Origin: Lytechinus pictus
Taxonomy: Eukaryota
NCBI RefSeq assembly: GCF_037042905.1
Contig: NC_087252.1
Span: 1,986,001-2,050,000, forward strand
Direction of reading: 5' to 3'
DNA length: 64,000 bases
Shown: positions 48,816-63,412 of the stretch, one piece after another
Numbering within the stretch: position 1 is the stretch's first letter
Layout: each line of letters opens with the position of its first letter
Notes under the pieces: model-generated
What the model saw: only the letters and a program-made list of their open reading frames with translations
Databases searched by the model: none
What the model was told of the DNA's origin: nothing
Program-made: the position numbers and the translations under genes

Positions 48816-51237
48816 TATTGGTCATAATCTGTAAGTTTGTCTCTCTTCGTTGGCATGCCTACCAAATTGTTCGCACACTTCAATCACTGACGTCAGAGAC
48901 TTCAATTGTATGTGCGTATCGAGTAGACCAACGAACATAGAGGGCAGCAACACACGACCGAGTTGCTCTAAGGAAGGTCAACTCCGCTCGAAATTTGTAA
49001 CCTATCCAATAAAAAGGGAAGTCGATTTTTTTCTTTTAAGAGTTGATTTTTTGTTTCATTCGTTAAATTTAAACACGTTTTAATTTTAAAAATGTATATT
49101 GTTTGTTTTGATAAATAATATTAAAAATACAATTAGCATTTTTGAAAAACAAAATATTCAGCTTAAATAATCATGATTTTATTGTTTTGCTCATTTTGGA
49201 CTAATAAGCATTTAACAATAATACGGATGATTCGTTATTTTCTTCTGCTAAATTTTGCTGCACCCCAAAGTAACGCAAAGGCAACCACCGGCCAAAATCA
49301 AGGTCGTTCTTCTGGCCTGGATTAAAAAAGATCCCCAAAACAGCGCCTGAAAAACCCAAATTCGACCCCAAATCCCCAAATTGTTAAAATCACAAAAAAT
49401 TATAAGAAAGTGAGGACAGTTATTTTGGTTATTGCCTAAAAATTGTCAATCTGTGGTTGTTTGTTTACATCACGGCAGATTTGTTTTATTTTATTTTTTT
49501 AGGTTTCGATGCAATGTAGATTGGCAACACTACCAATGTATCGTAAAACTAAGTTTAGTCATGTTAGTGTACTGAATTCATCGGTTGAATTGCATAGGAA
49601 ATGCGCTGATGTGCATTCTATGCATTAACTATCTCCACTGCTATCGTATGCTGTTATCGTTATATTACTGATAAATAACGATTCTTACTGCTTTTCATCA
49701 AAATAAAAAAAAAACTAAAATGGATGAAAAATCCCCAAATTTGTTTTTATTCCAAAACATTTTCTTTTCATCCCCAAAGTCTTCAAAAAATCCAAAAAAT
49801 TCAAATTTTTGATGATGAAAATCCCTAAATGACAACGCTGCTAGTTAGGCCCGCGCTGGCATCTAGCAACCAAACTTCCAAAGGACTAAGGGCCATTCTT
49901 CGCATTGCACACATTTTTCCGGGTTTTCTTCAATAATTTTCTAATAAAATCAGCCAATTGAGGCAAACTTATTGCGATCTCACATCGTTTGGAAGTTATG
50001 CCCAAAAACCGTTTGGCCAGACATAAATTTAGTCCTAGTGCTAGGCAGTTCTGTCACTGTCTCGGGACAAAAAAAAACATTTTTGAACTTGCAAAAGGCC
50101 TATTGCATGAATGAGTGACCTCATCACAATCTGATGCTTTTCTCAGGGCCTGACACCGAGTAACTCCATTCAGTCCAACTATTTTTGACTAACGTTAGAT
50201 CTATGGTCGCATACAAACAATTTTTCCTTGGCTTGGCAGGTACAATTTTTACATATTCTAAAATTTTCAAGATAGTTTTTCGCGCGAAAACATCATTTGA
50301 TTTGTTTTCTTTTGAATTGACGGTTCTCTCAATACCAAGACAGCTTATCAAAAATTTTGATCAGAATCCTAGCTCTGAGGCGTCAAAATAGCCCAGTCTT
50401 TTTATGGTTAAAGGTGAATCCAACCTGTTATGTACTATTCAAGAAGCTTTGAATAGAAATTTTAGAAATTTTAGAAATGTACGTCCACATAGTGGACTGG
50501 TACGAGACGACGTCATTTTTTGGCGTTCCATATGCCTCAGGTCCTCACACACGTCCACTATCAGAATCGAGAACTTCGCCACATCCATTTTGCGGTTCTC
50601 CTAAATCATAGTGGACGTGTACTGAGTGACGTCATTTTGACCGTTTCAAGCCCAGCATGAAGATCAACCTTTCCCTTTTAAAACAGTTTTCAGTGATTTT
50701 TCACAAAATTAATACGGTGCATTATGTTTATCATATTTGGAATTGCTTTCTGACGTCCAAAATCTATATCGATACATATCCTAACTCGAGTAAAAAGTGA
50801 AAGGGCAATGTACAATCAATCTTGAAAATCAATCGTACGATCAATCGCTAACCTTTGTGTTACGGGGCCCCTGTGTATACCCACTTTGTCTAAGTTATGT
50901 TTGGCCTCAATCCACAGGGTCTAAAAGTTTATGTACAGACAAATCGTTTATAAAACATTTGTTCTTGTTGCCGTTTAGCTCATTAAAAAAATTGTCTATG
51001 TAGACTACAACACGTATCCGATTAGTCTACACCACTTATACGATTAGACGATCAAATCATAGAGTTACAGAAGTAGTTGGGTTAATACTAATGTAGTAAA
51101 TTCGTGGTAGTCGGTAGTAGTAGCAGCAGTAGGAGTGCTGAATTTTCTAATTCAAATTTTAACTAGACAAATCATCAATCCAAAGTGCAGTCACTTCATT
51201 TTTTAGTGTGTGAGAGAGGGAGACAGATAAGGAGAGA

Positions 51238-51274
<37 letters not shown>

Positions 51275-53159
51275 GAGGGGGGAGGGGTAGGGAGAGAGAG
51301 GAAGAAGACGGTGTACCAAATGCACGTTTGTATGTATATAACTATGTCACGACATATATATTTGTATTCTTATCATACCAATAGGCGGTAATAAACACTT
51401 GACCTTAATACCCATGCTATATAGCTCGTAATGAGCGTAAATGATTAACCAAATCAGCAGACATAATGCTCCTATACAAATACGAACATCATAAACTATA
51501 TGATATCAACTTGATGAAGCAAATGGAATTTATGACACTGTGAGAGTCAGTGTTTGCATACATTATGTATATCATGCATGTACACATAATAGTGCTAAAT
51601 ACACCGATTGATTCCATCATAATCTTCATCTTCTTTTCTCTTGCTTATCTCTCTTATCTTCCTTTTCCTTTTCTTCTTTATTTTTTTTTCCTATGATCAT
51701 CATTTTCAATATTATCAATTCTATTATTCTCATTATTTTTCTCATTATTATTATTAATATTATTATTATTATCATTATTATTATTATCTTCGTCATTTAG
51801 AATATTTATATATTTATTTATTAATCAATTTATTAATCATTTTATGTTGTTATTTATTTACTTAATATTTTTTGGTTTGAGTGTGAGGGAGGGGGGGGGG
51901 GGGGGCTATGATAATGAAGCAACCACCATTTCCCTGTTTCTTATCATTTATTAATTTGACATTACAGCGTATCATGTATGCAAAAAGTATAGTATCATGA
52001 AAAAATAATGATTGAATAAGCGCACGTGTCATTGATGTATTTTTTTCAAAGAACTATAGCATTCAATTATTTAAGTTATACGATTACACAGAACAATAAT
52101 AACATACTCAATATAGATATTGCCAAAGGACCCCCAAAGCAATAAATGAATACAAATAAAAAAGCAGCATAATGATAATAAAAGACCGGAGGTGTTTTTC
52201 TTAGCTTAACGTTGACTACTGCATTACCAATAATTGTGAAATTATACTGACGTAGCACATTCCCATTCCCTCCTTGGTAAAGATATCGAAAAAGATCATC
52301 GTCTTATAATAATTAAATTTTTCATTTTCATCTTTATTTTACAAACATCATTTTTGCCAGTACTCGTTTCGGTTGCAACATCCAAGCAGATGGTGTCGAA
52401 CCATTCTTTTTAATACTTCTGACTCTTCGCTTTCTCTCTCAGTAACTTTGATTATATCTCCTGGAACCGCCAACCATGTTGAAGACCGCATACCGTGAAT
52501 GATTTTGTTGTTAGGCTAGGAAGACCATATACGGTAGGTCCTACTTCTCACTCATTAAGTTCGTATATCCAGTAATTCTACCTCTTTCCAGTATTTCCAG
52601 TAATACAGGCATTCCAGTATTTTTATTATCTCAGTCATTCCAGTACTTAAGTATCTTACTCATTCCATTATTTTCAATATCTCAGTATTCCCAGAATTTT
52701 ACAGCATCTCGGTAATTTCAGTATGTCACTGCACTCATTTCAGTCCTTCTAACATTCAATGAGAATACATGAGAACTTATAAATGACAGATCTCAACGAA
52801 ATAAGTACATTTGTAGAAATTTACTGAATCATGGTAATTGTCTTATCTTCTTTTTTTTCCCCAAAATCGTGGAAAGTAATTAAAAATGCACAATTAACAC
52901 TATCACAAGTTATTAAACATAGTTTTTTTCTCAGCAGATATAGTACCTAATTACATTTTAAAGAAAGTCCCTACGTAGTCTATTACAACAAAAAAATACT
53001 GAATTTCCCTATGCAATGTTATGCATGGATACAAAATTATTCTACGCTCTCCACCGCTCCGAAACCATACTAAACATCAATCAAACCGTTTATTTTATCA
53101 ATATATATACATACACACCATCACACACACACACACAACACACCCTCACACACACACCC

Positions 53160-53273
<114 letters not shown>

Positions 53274-53671
53274 AGAGAATCACACAGAAAGACGAATACA
53301 CCCCCACACACAGGGCTCTGGGAACTTTTTTTGGTTTGGGCGCCGAAGTGTTAAGTTGACAAGCTAAAAATAAGTTTTCACTCCAAATTGAAAAGTTGAT
53401 AAGCAAAACAAAAATTAAAAGTTTTCACTCTGAATTGAAGGTCGTTTTGGCCTCAAGAAATTTGACAAGCAAAAAAGAAAACAAAAAGGGTTTAAAAACA
53501 AAATGATTGTTTTATTTTCTCAAATTTTCTACATCTATATACCAGAATTCCAGGGGGTGCTGCCTGTGGGAAATAATACTGTGTATTGTTGATGTTGCTT
53601 TGGTTCTCTACATTCTCATATACTTACTGTAACTATTTACTATACAATCTCATTTCTGGTTTGATCATCAG

Positions 53672-53797
53672 GGGCCCGTTGCAGAAAGAGTTGCGTTTAA
53701 ACGCAAGTCAAAAATGCGCGCTGTTGATTGGTTGATAATCAAGTTGCGCATGATTTTTGGAGTTGCGATTGATTGCAACTCTTTCTGCAACGGGCCC
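53672..53797. mobile_element. 126 bp Harbinger-like MITE, 3-bp TSD
   Basis: cag|gggcccgttgcagaaagagttgc ... gcaactctttctgcaacgggccc|cag; empty site near 18516. Confidence 0.85.
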
Positions 53798-54482
53798 CAG
53801 ATCATGTTCAGCTCAAAATGTCGGGAGCCCTGCTTTTATAAGTGATTCTAAATGTTTCCACCACTCACCACTACGTTTACAAGTTTCCGATGCCATTTTC
53901 TCTACGTTTCTTGTCCCCCAAAAGCCTTTCACATGCGTATTCGTGTGTTTTCGGTGTTTCCTTAAGCTTTGTCTTTAGTTTTCATAAAGGGTTAAAATTG
54001 TGAACTATCCTCGTGTATCATCGAACAAACGAATAATACCAGAGCGCAGTAGTCAATGAATACATTTCCTTACTAAACATGATTTTAATTTGGCATTTTC
54101 CGGCCGTTAGGATTTGAATCTAAATCTAGCACCCTCTCTCGGCTATGATTTTATTTGTATTTGTTAATGGCGTTTGAGCAATTGCTTTACATACCTAGTA
54201 ATTTGATATTAGAAAGCTGCTCAAATTTTCAACGCATTTTATGCTTGAGATGGCGTCTTATTTGAACAAGACAAATACGTAGATGTTATTTTTTGATCGG
54301 ATACCAAAATCTGATGCAAAATCGGTAAATTTTATTCAATAAAATAACACATTTCTGAATTACATCTTTCACTCCACAACTGTTTCGTAGAACATGAATT
54401 AAAATAATCTACCAATGAATTTCGGAAGTGACATCCACTTTTTCGGGGAGGGGGGGGGGGGGGGTAACACTAAACATAGGCT

Positions 54483-57400
54483 TTAATTATCTCCGACTTG
54501 ATCTGCTTGGTCTTCCTGGTTTGGTTTTGACAATGACACACTTGCGGTTGTGTCTTTATCGCTGTTATTGCCTCCGATGTCTGTATGGTCCTCATCGGTT
54601 GCTTCATCGACATTTGGCTTGGATGTGTTCTGATGGTCGCGATGTAAGCTTTGGCCATGCTGTCCTTTAGGCGACTTTGCCGTTTCTTGATCTCTTTGCG
54701 CCTTTGACCTCGGTTTGAATCCTTACGAGGAAAGACATAGAAATACATTACGAACGTCGAATTATATTATGTTACTGTATTACAAATTTGAACAACATTA
54801 TTGTAGTCATATTTTTTCTTATAGTAAAGTCAGTCAGCGGTTTGTCGTTTTTCTTGCAAAACATACCTTATGCTACTGGTCACAATTTACCTAGATCTTG
54901 TTACGTATGAAGTGACGCGTGAGAGAACTATTGAGTGACAAAACAAAATTGGATTAGACGAACCTAGGGCACTCGTAAAAACCATGAGGGATGCTCCAGG
55001 CTGAAAATATTTATATTGTAATAAGTAGAGTAAAATTCGCATAGGAATGCTGAAAATTTGATGAAAATCGGATAACAAATAACAAAGTTATTGCATATTA
55101 AAGATTTGCATTATTTCGGTGAAACAATTTTAGGCATGTCTTCATGAATATTCATTAGGTGGGCTGATAATTTCATATCCCCACTTGTTCTTTAGTATTT
55201 CATTATATGAAATTAGGTTTATTATGCTACTGGTCACAATCTACCTAGATCTTGTTACGTATGGTCTGAGAACACACGTTAAGTGACGCGTGAGATAACT
55301 TTTGAGTGACAAAACAAATCGGTTTTCTAGATTAAACAAACCTTGGGCATTCGTGTAATGCGTAGACTGAAAGGGATGCTCTAGGCTGAGGATATTCATA
55401 TTTCAATAAATAGAGTTTTATTCACAAAATAAAATGCAAAAAATTTAGATCGAATCGGATAACAAATAACAAAGTTATCGAATTGTAAAAATTTGCATTA
55501 ATTCGGTGAAACAGTTCTAGGCATATCTTCAGGAATACTCATTAGGTTGGCTGATCCTACTTGTTCTTTTGTAATTCATTATATGAAATTAGGTTTATTT
55601 AAACATTTTCTCCCAAGAATTAAAACAATTGGATTGACAGCTGATTAAGTGCATTAGTTATTTATTACTGTAACTTATTTCATCATAATGTAGACACACC
55701 AATTACAAATGTATGAAAAAAACAAGTATGACTTCATGCAATATAATCATGTAACATAAGAAAAAAGATGTGGGGATGTGACATCATCAGCCCACTTAAT
55801 GAATATTATTGATGACGTGCAGATAACCGTTTTCACAAAATATTGCTCAACTAAAAAAACGATATCTTTGTGATTTGCTATCTGATTTTGATGAAATTTT
55901 CAACATTTTGCTCTGTGAATTTTACTTTATTTATGTAGATGCAATTATTCTCTGCCCGGAGCATCCCTTTAACGGCCAATGTAAAACCGACATGTACTTT
56001 ATTTTTACGGTGAACATTCGAACTCAGCATGAAAGTCCCAATGGACATTTTACTTCTGAAAGAAGCTTTAAAATTTTTGAACTTGGTATTAAATACACGT
56101 ACAAAGATTAGTCATCGTAAGATAAATGTTAATAATAAAGACAAAAACCTTGAACAAATTTATTATTATTTTTTTTTATATTGTCCTATCTAATTATCGA
56201 TAAGCGTAAATTTTTTTAATTTCCTTTTCAGTTTAGATTTTATACTCCACAATAGTTGCCGTTTCTAACTGAGGTCTAAAGAAGGTAAATCTCGTGGCAC
56301 AGAAGTGACAAGAATACGTTTTAACATGTTCCGTACCGATCATTATTTCCAATGCTAGTTCCTTGAACCCAGCCTTTAGGAGTCTGTTACTCAGCTCTAT
56401 CTCTTCATCCCTTGCCATAGGATTTTTAAAGATCATTCCTTCCCATGTCTCGAGGACATGCATAAGAGAGTTTTCTTGAGTTTTCCATATCTTTGTCGTC
56501 GTTATATCAAGAATCTGAGCTAATTTCATCGTGACCGCTAATTTGTACTTGGCGACATCATCTGCATGATCCGATTCTATCTCTTTGCCTATGTTAAGAA
56601 TACATAAAAAGTAGAAATTTACATTAATATATATCATAAAACATAATCATTGCACTTAATGAAACTCTAGTAAAAAAAAACCCCGAATCCCCGGCAATTT
56701 TTAAAGTACGTGAGTATTTGTCATTCAGAGTTGTAAGAAGCCATATTAAGAAATGCTTGAACATGGAATCGGCAAGACGCGGGGTCAGGTACATAAAAAG
56801 TAGCAATGGCTTTTACTTGATTCCGTATGCATAAAACTGAGCGAGAAAATGCTTTTGATAGTAAGTTCAAGCAATCGCTTACTGACTGCTAGTATTTCCT
56901 TGAGAATTAAGCTATTGCTAAAAAGCGTATGCGTAAAGCGAGCATTTTGCTTGTGCGTTCTAGCAGTTGCTTGGTTTTTTCCAAGCTCCGTCAGAGCATC
57001 GTAAGCGTTTGCTTGACCAGGGCGTTCGAGTTTTTTAATCATATTTATGCAACTGAGAGAGAACCCCAAGGTGTAAAGTACAAAGCAAATGCCAAATATG
57101 AAAAAAAAAAAAAACGTATTTTGACACCAAGTCTTAGGAAAAGTTGTTATAAGAAGAAGTGCTAATTTGCACTGCCACATCTTTGCGCTCGTAGTCCTGC
57201 CTTTTCTGCGAGTCGCGTGACGTCGCTTTTGTTTAAACCGCTAGCAATTGCTTTCTGAAGGAAAAAGGTTCAAGCACGGTTATGCATAGGCAAATAAAGC
57301 AATTGATGAGGCATGATCTTTTGCTTGGCCAGCTGTTGCTTTTGTTTAAATCAACTTCTTGCCACCGATTGTTACTTTTTTAGGCACCTGACTCAATCAT

Positions 57401-58478
57401 GAAAATGAACGTCTTGCCAAAAATTAAAATGTGAAAACATTTTGCTCCAACGTAAGATTGGTAGGGGGGGGGTTGTGGGTCGAGATAAATCTTTAACCCA
57501 GATCATTATCATTACGAAGGTGAAAGTAAAACGCAATGTGTTCATTAGATTACATTATCTGGAAAAAGAACGATGACCATATTTTTATCATTCCTACCAC
57601 TATGAAGCTTAATACGTTCTGATGTAGGATCTGTTGAAGAATCAATGGATATCTTTTTAGCCCTGTCTGTATCAACTGTTCGCTGGATGTCATCTTCAGG
57701 AATTGCCACTTCATTATGGGTTTGGAGCGCTTGATCAGGTAACTTATTTCGCTCTCTAACTTCGAGGATCTTCCTGACCAATGATGGCTCGAAAGACTCT
57801 ATATTATTGATTAACTCCTGAAAGATAGCTGCATTCTTACTGCAATCTCCAAGGTAAGTCCCTGCAAGAAATGAATTGACATGGTAGCTATCTGTTTGAT
57901 ATTGCTATGAATCACACTAATTCTCCAACATAAAAACAAACAAACCCTGATAACATTCGTACTAATGCCAAATAATTCTTTTTCATGAGGACGCATGAGA
58001 GATTATGCTCTATGTTGACTGCAAGTTCAAATTATGATACAACTCTTGAACTTCAAAATGCTCAGCTATAATGGAACGTGGAATCTGAATCAGAATGTGG
58101 GTTCTTTAGAAGTTCCGTTGGAATTCGTTTTATTGTCTCGTCCTAGTATGAACTTCATATGAAGCTGCCAGGTGTGCTCATCATTGACCGAGATCGAGGA
58201 AAGAGGAGAGTGTACATAAGTTATTTACCTAGGATCAAACTTACCGAAGAGGATTCCATCAGCTATGTCTTTACCTTGGACGGGATAGATGGCATCAGCA
58301 AGAGACGTTCTTGAATTGAAAGATGGTGGATGGACCATGAACTTCCAATCTCTTATCATGGTAATCACACTGCTCCTTTGGCCCATTCCTAAGTTCTTAG
58401 AAATTATATTTAGAGCTTCTTGATTACCCTTTGATTTCTCAACTAGTGCAAATGCATCAGCTAGGGATGTTTCATGGC
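54483..58478 (-). CDS. Gene C: last four exons of a close paralogue of gene B; upstream exons not in window
   Basis: Exons 58478-58245, 57861-57598, 56588-56337, 54721-54483(TAA); same splice sites as B, no stops or frameshifts. Could be the 3' end of a full gene or a partial duplicate. Confidence 0.75.
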
Positions 58479-58773
58479 CTATAATGAGGGGAATAAACAT
58501 TAGGTATTTAAGGAAAATCATACTTATTACGTAACGTTATATCTTGTTATAACGTTGTTGCATGGTGGTGAAAAGTAAAGAGTAGTTTTTTCCTCCTTCG
58601 AAACAATGGTGACGTATGTTAAGGTCTTAAAGGCGACCCGAGCTTAACGTGTAACTCGCCGGGTAAGTTCGCGATAAAGTGTTCCATTGCAATTATAATG
58701 TACGCGCGCGCACTGAATGGGGAGTTTGTGCGAGAAAATCACTTCAATTCAGTAGTACACAGTACCCCGACGG

Positions 58774-61484
58774 CATGGGTGTCGATCACGGGGGGGGGGG
58801 GGTGGGGGATATACCCCCCCCCCCAATATTTCAAGTGGGGGGATGGCCTGTATTATCATCCCCCCCCCCCCAATAATTCAGGGTAGAAAAATTGTAATAA
58901 TGATGATGAAAAAATGAAAAGTTTGATAATGATGATTATAGTGATGATTATAGTATGCCATCAATCAGTTTGTTTCCCTCGCAATTTGTGTATATTGTTA
59001 TTAAATAAAAACATTCTTTTCCAGGACTTTTAAACAGATGGGTGCAGGTTCAAGATGAAAATGAATGAAATGTTTATGTACCGGTATATGATATTTTTTA
59101 AACACATGACATAAAAGGACCCCGACGAAAAAAAAACTTTTGTTTATAGGGTGTTCCATCCCACCAGTGGTGAATAAATTGATTTAAACAAATCAATTAA
59201 TTCAAAAGGGTGGAAAAATAAACGGGTGGAAAAGGGTGGCAAGATAAACAGGGAAACCTCCATGGACGTAAATCCTAGAGGGGTAGATCTTGAAAAAAAT
59301 ACAAACAACTTTTCTCAGATTTACCCCTCCCCACATCCAAGTGCATGATGTTTGTCCCATTTAATCTACAACCCTTTTGAATATTAAACATTTTATCATG
59401 TGACCCCATCAGATACCTCTCATGAAAATATTGAGGTTCAGTGAGCTCAATATAATATGATCATATTTTTACAATTTTTTTATAAGTGAAATCAATTTAT
59501 GGTTTCAGAAAGAATAATCATTCAGTTCTCTCTAAAGCGTATCTTCGAATATGAACATCGGAGGGTTTTTTTCCATGTTATTCTTGTTATTGTCATGGAC
59601 TTGAATAACCAAACTTGGTTGATTTTTTCTTATTTTGGCAAAAAGAATTTTTTTTTTGAGTTTGGAAAGGGATGACAGTTTTGCATTCTATATGAGCACA
59701 CTCATGCGGTATGTTAATTTCATTTTAACACATATATTAGCTGATATTACACACTGATGAGTCAAGAAGATGTTGGAGAAATATCATAAGATGACAGTTG
59801 AGTTTTGATTGTTTTTATGTTTGTTTTTGTTTCATGCACTTATAAAACATTTAAAACGTGTTAAAATCCAGGGTTAAAATTGTCTAAGGAATGACGGTAA
59901 GCCCAATGGCGCACGAGAAGCCACACAGTTTGTAATTTGTGTTAGTCTTAATTTGTCCGAATCTGCATTTTATCATCATGCATTAAGAAGAAAAAAGATA
60001 TTGCCAGTCGGGTTAGATTTAAGAGAGAAGTTGTATACATCATGCTCAACAAACAGATCACTTTGTACATGGTCCAGACAATTTTTGTCATTTTTTCTTT
60101 CGTATGAGTTTAGAATAGGCTCACTCAGTGGGGTAACTACGGGGGGGGGCATGGGGGGCACATGCCCATGCACCCAATCGGCTGACAAAAAAAAAAACGA
60201 GGAAAAGGAGAAAAAGAGGGAGAGAGGAAGGGAAATGTAATGGGAAAGAAGAAATTATTGTTCATTATGATGTTATATTATACTATAATTCTGTTATATT
60301 ACATAAGACGCATTTTTTTTCATAACTTTATGAAACATAATTTGATTAGGGCCCATGTCTTCATTGTTCCTGGTGCTCACATTGTCTGTTTAATTTTGAC
60401 GAGATATATAATCCTGTGGTACTAAAACCTCCTGTTTTCAATATACTTCCTCGCACTTCGAATTATTATTTTATGTGCAATAGTATGCTTCTTTTCATGA
60501 CTACTTAAAGTGATTGCCACATTTTAAGGTCTTAATATAAAACATTTCTTGTCCGTGCTTATGTTCGCATTAGTGAGATATGTCTGCTCTCCATGAATTC
60601 CTATAATCAGTCCTTAAAATGCCCCTTTTTCTGATCTCAATACCAAAAATTTTCAGGTCGCGCTTCGCGCTCGCATCATTTGGTTAATGAAATACGTATG
60701 GTCTTAGTGAATTCCTACAAACAAACTTTAGAATGCCCCTTTTCAGGTCTGAATTTCCTAAATTTTCAACTCGCGCTTCGCGCTCGCAATACTTGATTAT
60801 TGCGATGCGTATGTTAATAATCATGATTACAATGACTTCAAGTGCTTCATGTGTAATTTCAACAAAATCAGCAAGCGCTTAGCACTCGCATTAGATGACT
60901 GTGGTGAGATATGTAGTGGATTCCTTAAATATAGTCCTTAAATCTCCCTGTTTGGGGTCAATATATACAAAAATTTCAGCTCGCGCTTCGCGCTCGTACT
61001 GTTTAGCGAGATAGGTACGTATCATGATTACAAAAAGTTGATTATAATGTCCCTTTTTACGTCCGAATATCAAAAATTTTAAGCTCGCGCTTCGCGCTCG
61101 CATTATTTCATCAGTGAGATACATATCTGTTTAATATATGGCACTGTCCTTAAAATGTGTCTATTAGGTCAGTATACCTGGCAACTGAGCGCGCTTCGCG
61201 TGCTCACTGACTCAAATTTTTTGCTGGTGCCCCCCGATGCCATGACCCACGGTACGCCACTGGGCTTACTTGTATAACACAAATTGAATTTAAAAAAAAA
61301 TTATTTAAATACAATACACTGCAACAATGAAGGGATTTCCAAGAACACCATGCATATCAACCACTCCTAAATGTCCTAACTTGTGATTTTAGTGGGGGTA
61401 ATATTATAAGATCCCCATCCACAAGAATATTTGTGTCAATCATCCCCCCCCCCCCCCAATCAAGAATACCGATCGACACCCATG
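58774..61484. mobile_element. Non-autonomous hAT-like element
   Basis: TIR catgggtgtcgatc / gatcgacacccatg; TSD cccgacgg (58766-58773, 61485-61492). Confidence 0.85.
60126..61262. mobile_element. Nested hAT-like element with repeated tcgcgcttcgcgctcg motif
   Basis: cagtggggta ... tacgccactg; TSD ggctcact / ggcttact (one mismatch). Confidence 0.75.
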
Positions 61485-61810
61485 CCCGACGGTACCATCA
61501 ATATTCCATAAAACACGTGAGTATTAATACAGAGCAAACTTGTAATACCATTGACGAACCTCTTTGTCTTAGAGCGAAAACAAAAGCACGTGACAAACAC
61601 TGTTCAACAGTCAAATTTGAGATAGTCTTGAACATATATTAATTGAAATGATTATAAATGAATTCTAGTGTCTTCAAATGAATCCCATTGTCTGATTAAA
61701 AACTATCAATGACCGACAACGCGTGAATTTAAATGCACTTTAATAAATTTAAGTGACTCCTAAATGATTTGAACGGAAAAACCTATGATAATAAGTATCA
61801 GGGGCAGTGG

Positions 61811-63412
61811 CAGTGGCGTAACAGGCGGGGGGCAGGGGGGGCAAGTTGCCCCCCTGGCGGATTTCACCGGGAAAAAAAAAACGGGAAAAAGAAAAAAGGG
61901 AGGGGGAAGAAAGAGAAGGGGGGAGGAAAAGGGAAAAGGAAAGGAGGAAAGGGAAAATCAAAAGAAAACGAAGAACTTATTATTTTTTTATGAAAAAGGA
62001 AGGAAAGCGGGAAAAGGAACGAAAGAAGAACATTCGAGAAAGAACAAATCATTTCAAAATAGGCCTAAGTAAAGCAATAGCATGATGGGAATAAATTTAA
62101 AGATGACAAAGAGGCAAATAATAGCGGGAAATGAAGATAGATTTCGTCAAAAGCTAAATTGGAAAACAAAGAACAAGAAAAAAAATACTTTATAACACGA
62201 CCGGGCTGCCGAGGATTGAATATAAAGAGCGGGAAGAAAGACGGACTGCATGCATATAACATTCTGCTATAGGCTTGCTAAATTTTATTAAAAAAAGCTT
62301 TGCCCAAGACCCCACGCAGTAGGGGCTCCTCATCTAAAGGCCTAACATTCAAATGGCTCTATAACGTCCCCCCCCCCCTTGTAGGGACCCTTCCTACATT
62401 AAGCTTTTCGTTCAATCACTGGCGTACAGGCGTGGGGTCTTGGTTCCACACCCAAGGGGAAATAAAAGAAATATAGGAGACAAATTAATGAAACGAATGG
62501 AAACAATTAAGTGTGTTATTTGCTGAATATAATGGAAAAATCTATCACATAATTATTATTTTTTTCCCAGCTCGCTTGCTCGCTGGCGACTTTCTATAAA
62601 TTTTCCCACATCGCTATGTTTCGCCCCCTCAAAACATTTGGTTCATTACGCAACTGGGTTGAATGAATGTGTTGTGTAAAAGCTATATCCTGTATATGCC
62701 CGCGATTCGATTAAAATGGCGGCAATCTGCGAGGTTTAAATGGCTTTGATATCAAGAAGTTCCGGGGGCTCCGCCCAGGACCCCAACCACATAGCACTGT
62801 CGTATGTGAGTATGGAAGGGTTGGGCCATGGCCCCTAAAAGTTCTGCAACAAAAAAGAGGAAAGAAAAGCACAGAAAAAGTGTAGGACTATGATTTTATT
62901 TACTGAATATATTGTAAAAAAAATATAGCAAAGTTAGATTCTCATGAAAAGGTGATTTTTTTTTCTCGCTCGCTTCGCTCGCTTCGCTCGGGATTTATAT
63001 TAAGCAGCTTTTTAGTACATGTGCCATACTGCGCCCCTGTTTTTTTTTTACTCTTCACGCTACTGCTGCAAAAAATCCTATTCACAATGGCATACAGACC
63101 ACAACAAAAGAAATGGAAAGAGAGAAGATTGATATATATTCTCTGGATATCATGTCAAAATCTATCACAAAATTGATTCTTTGTATTTAAAAATGTCAAA
63201 TTTTTTGCTCGCTCGCTTCGCATTCTCGCAACATTTAAAAAAAGATAAACTCTGCCCGATCCACAATATCTGGCCCTCTCAAAATAGTCGCCTCATTACA
63301 CCATTACGCCTAGTACGAGGTTACGGTATGCTATATGACCGGGAAATTTTTGGCTCTTGCCCCCCCCCCCCCCCCCCCCCCCCCCTGGTCACCGACCCCT
63401 GTTACGCCGCTG
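61811..63412. mobile_element. Non-autonomous hAT-like element
   Basis: TIR cagtggcgtaacagg / cctgttacgccgctg; TSD ggcagtgg (61803-61810, 63413-63420). Confidence 0.85.
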
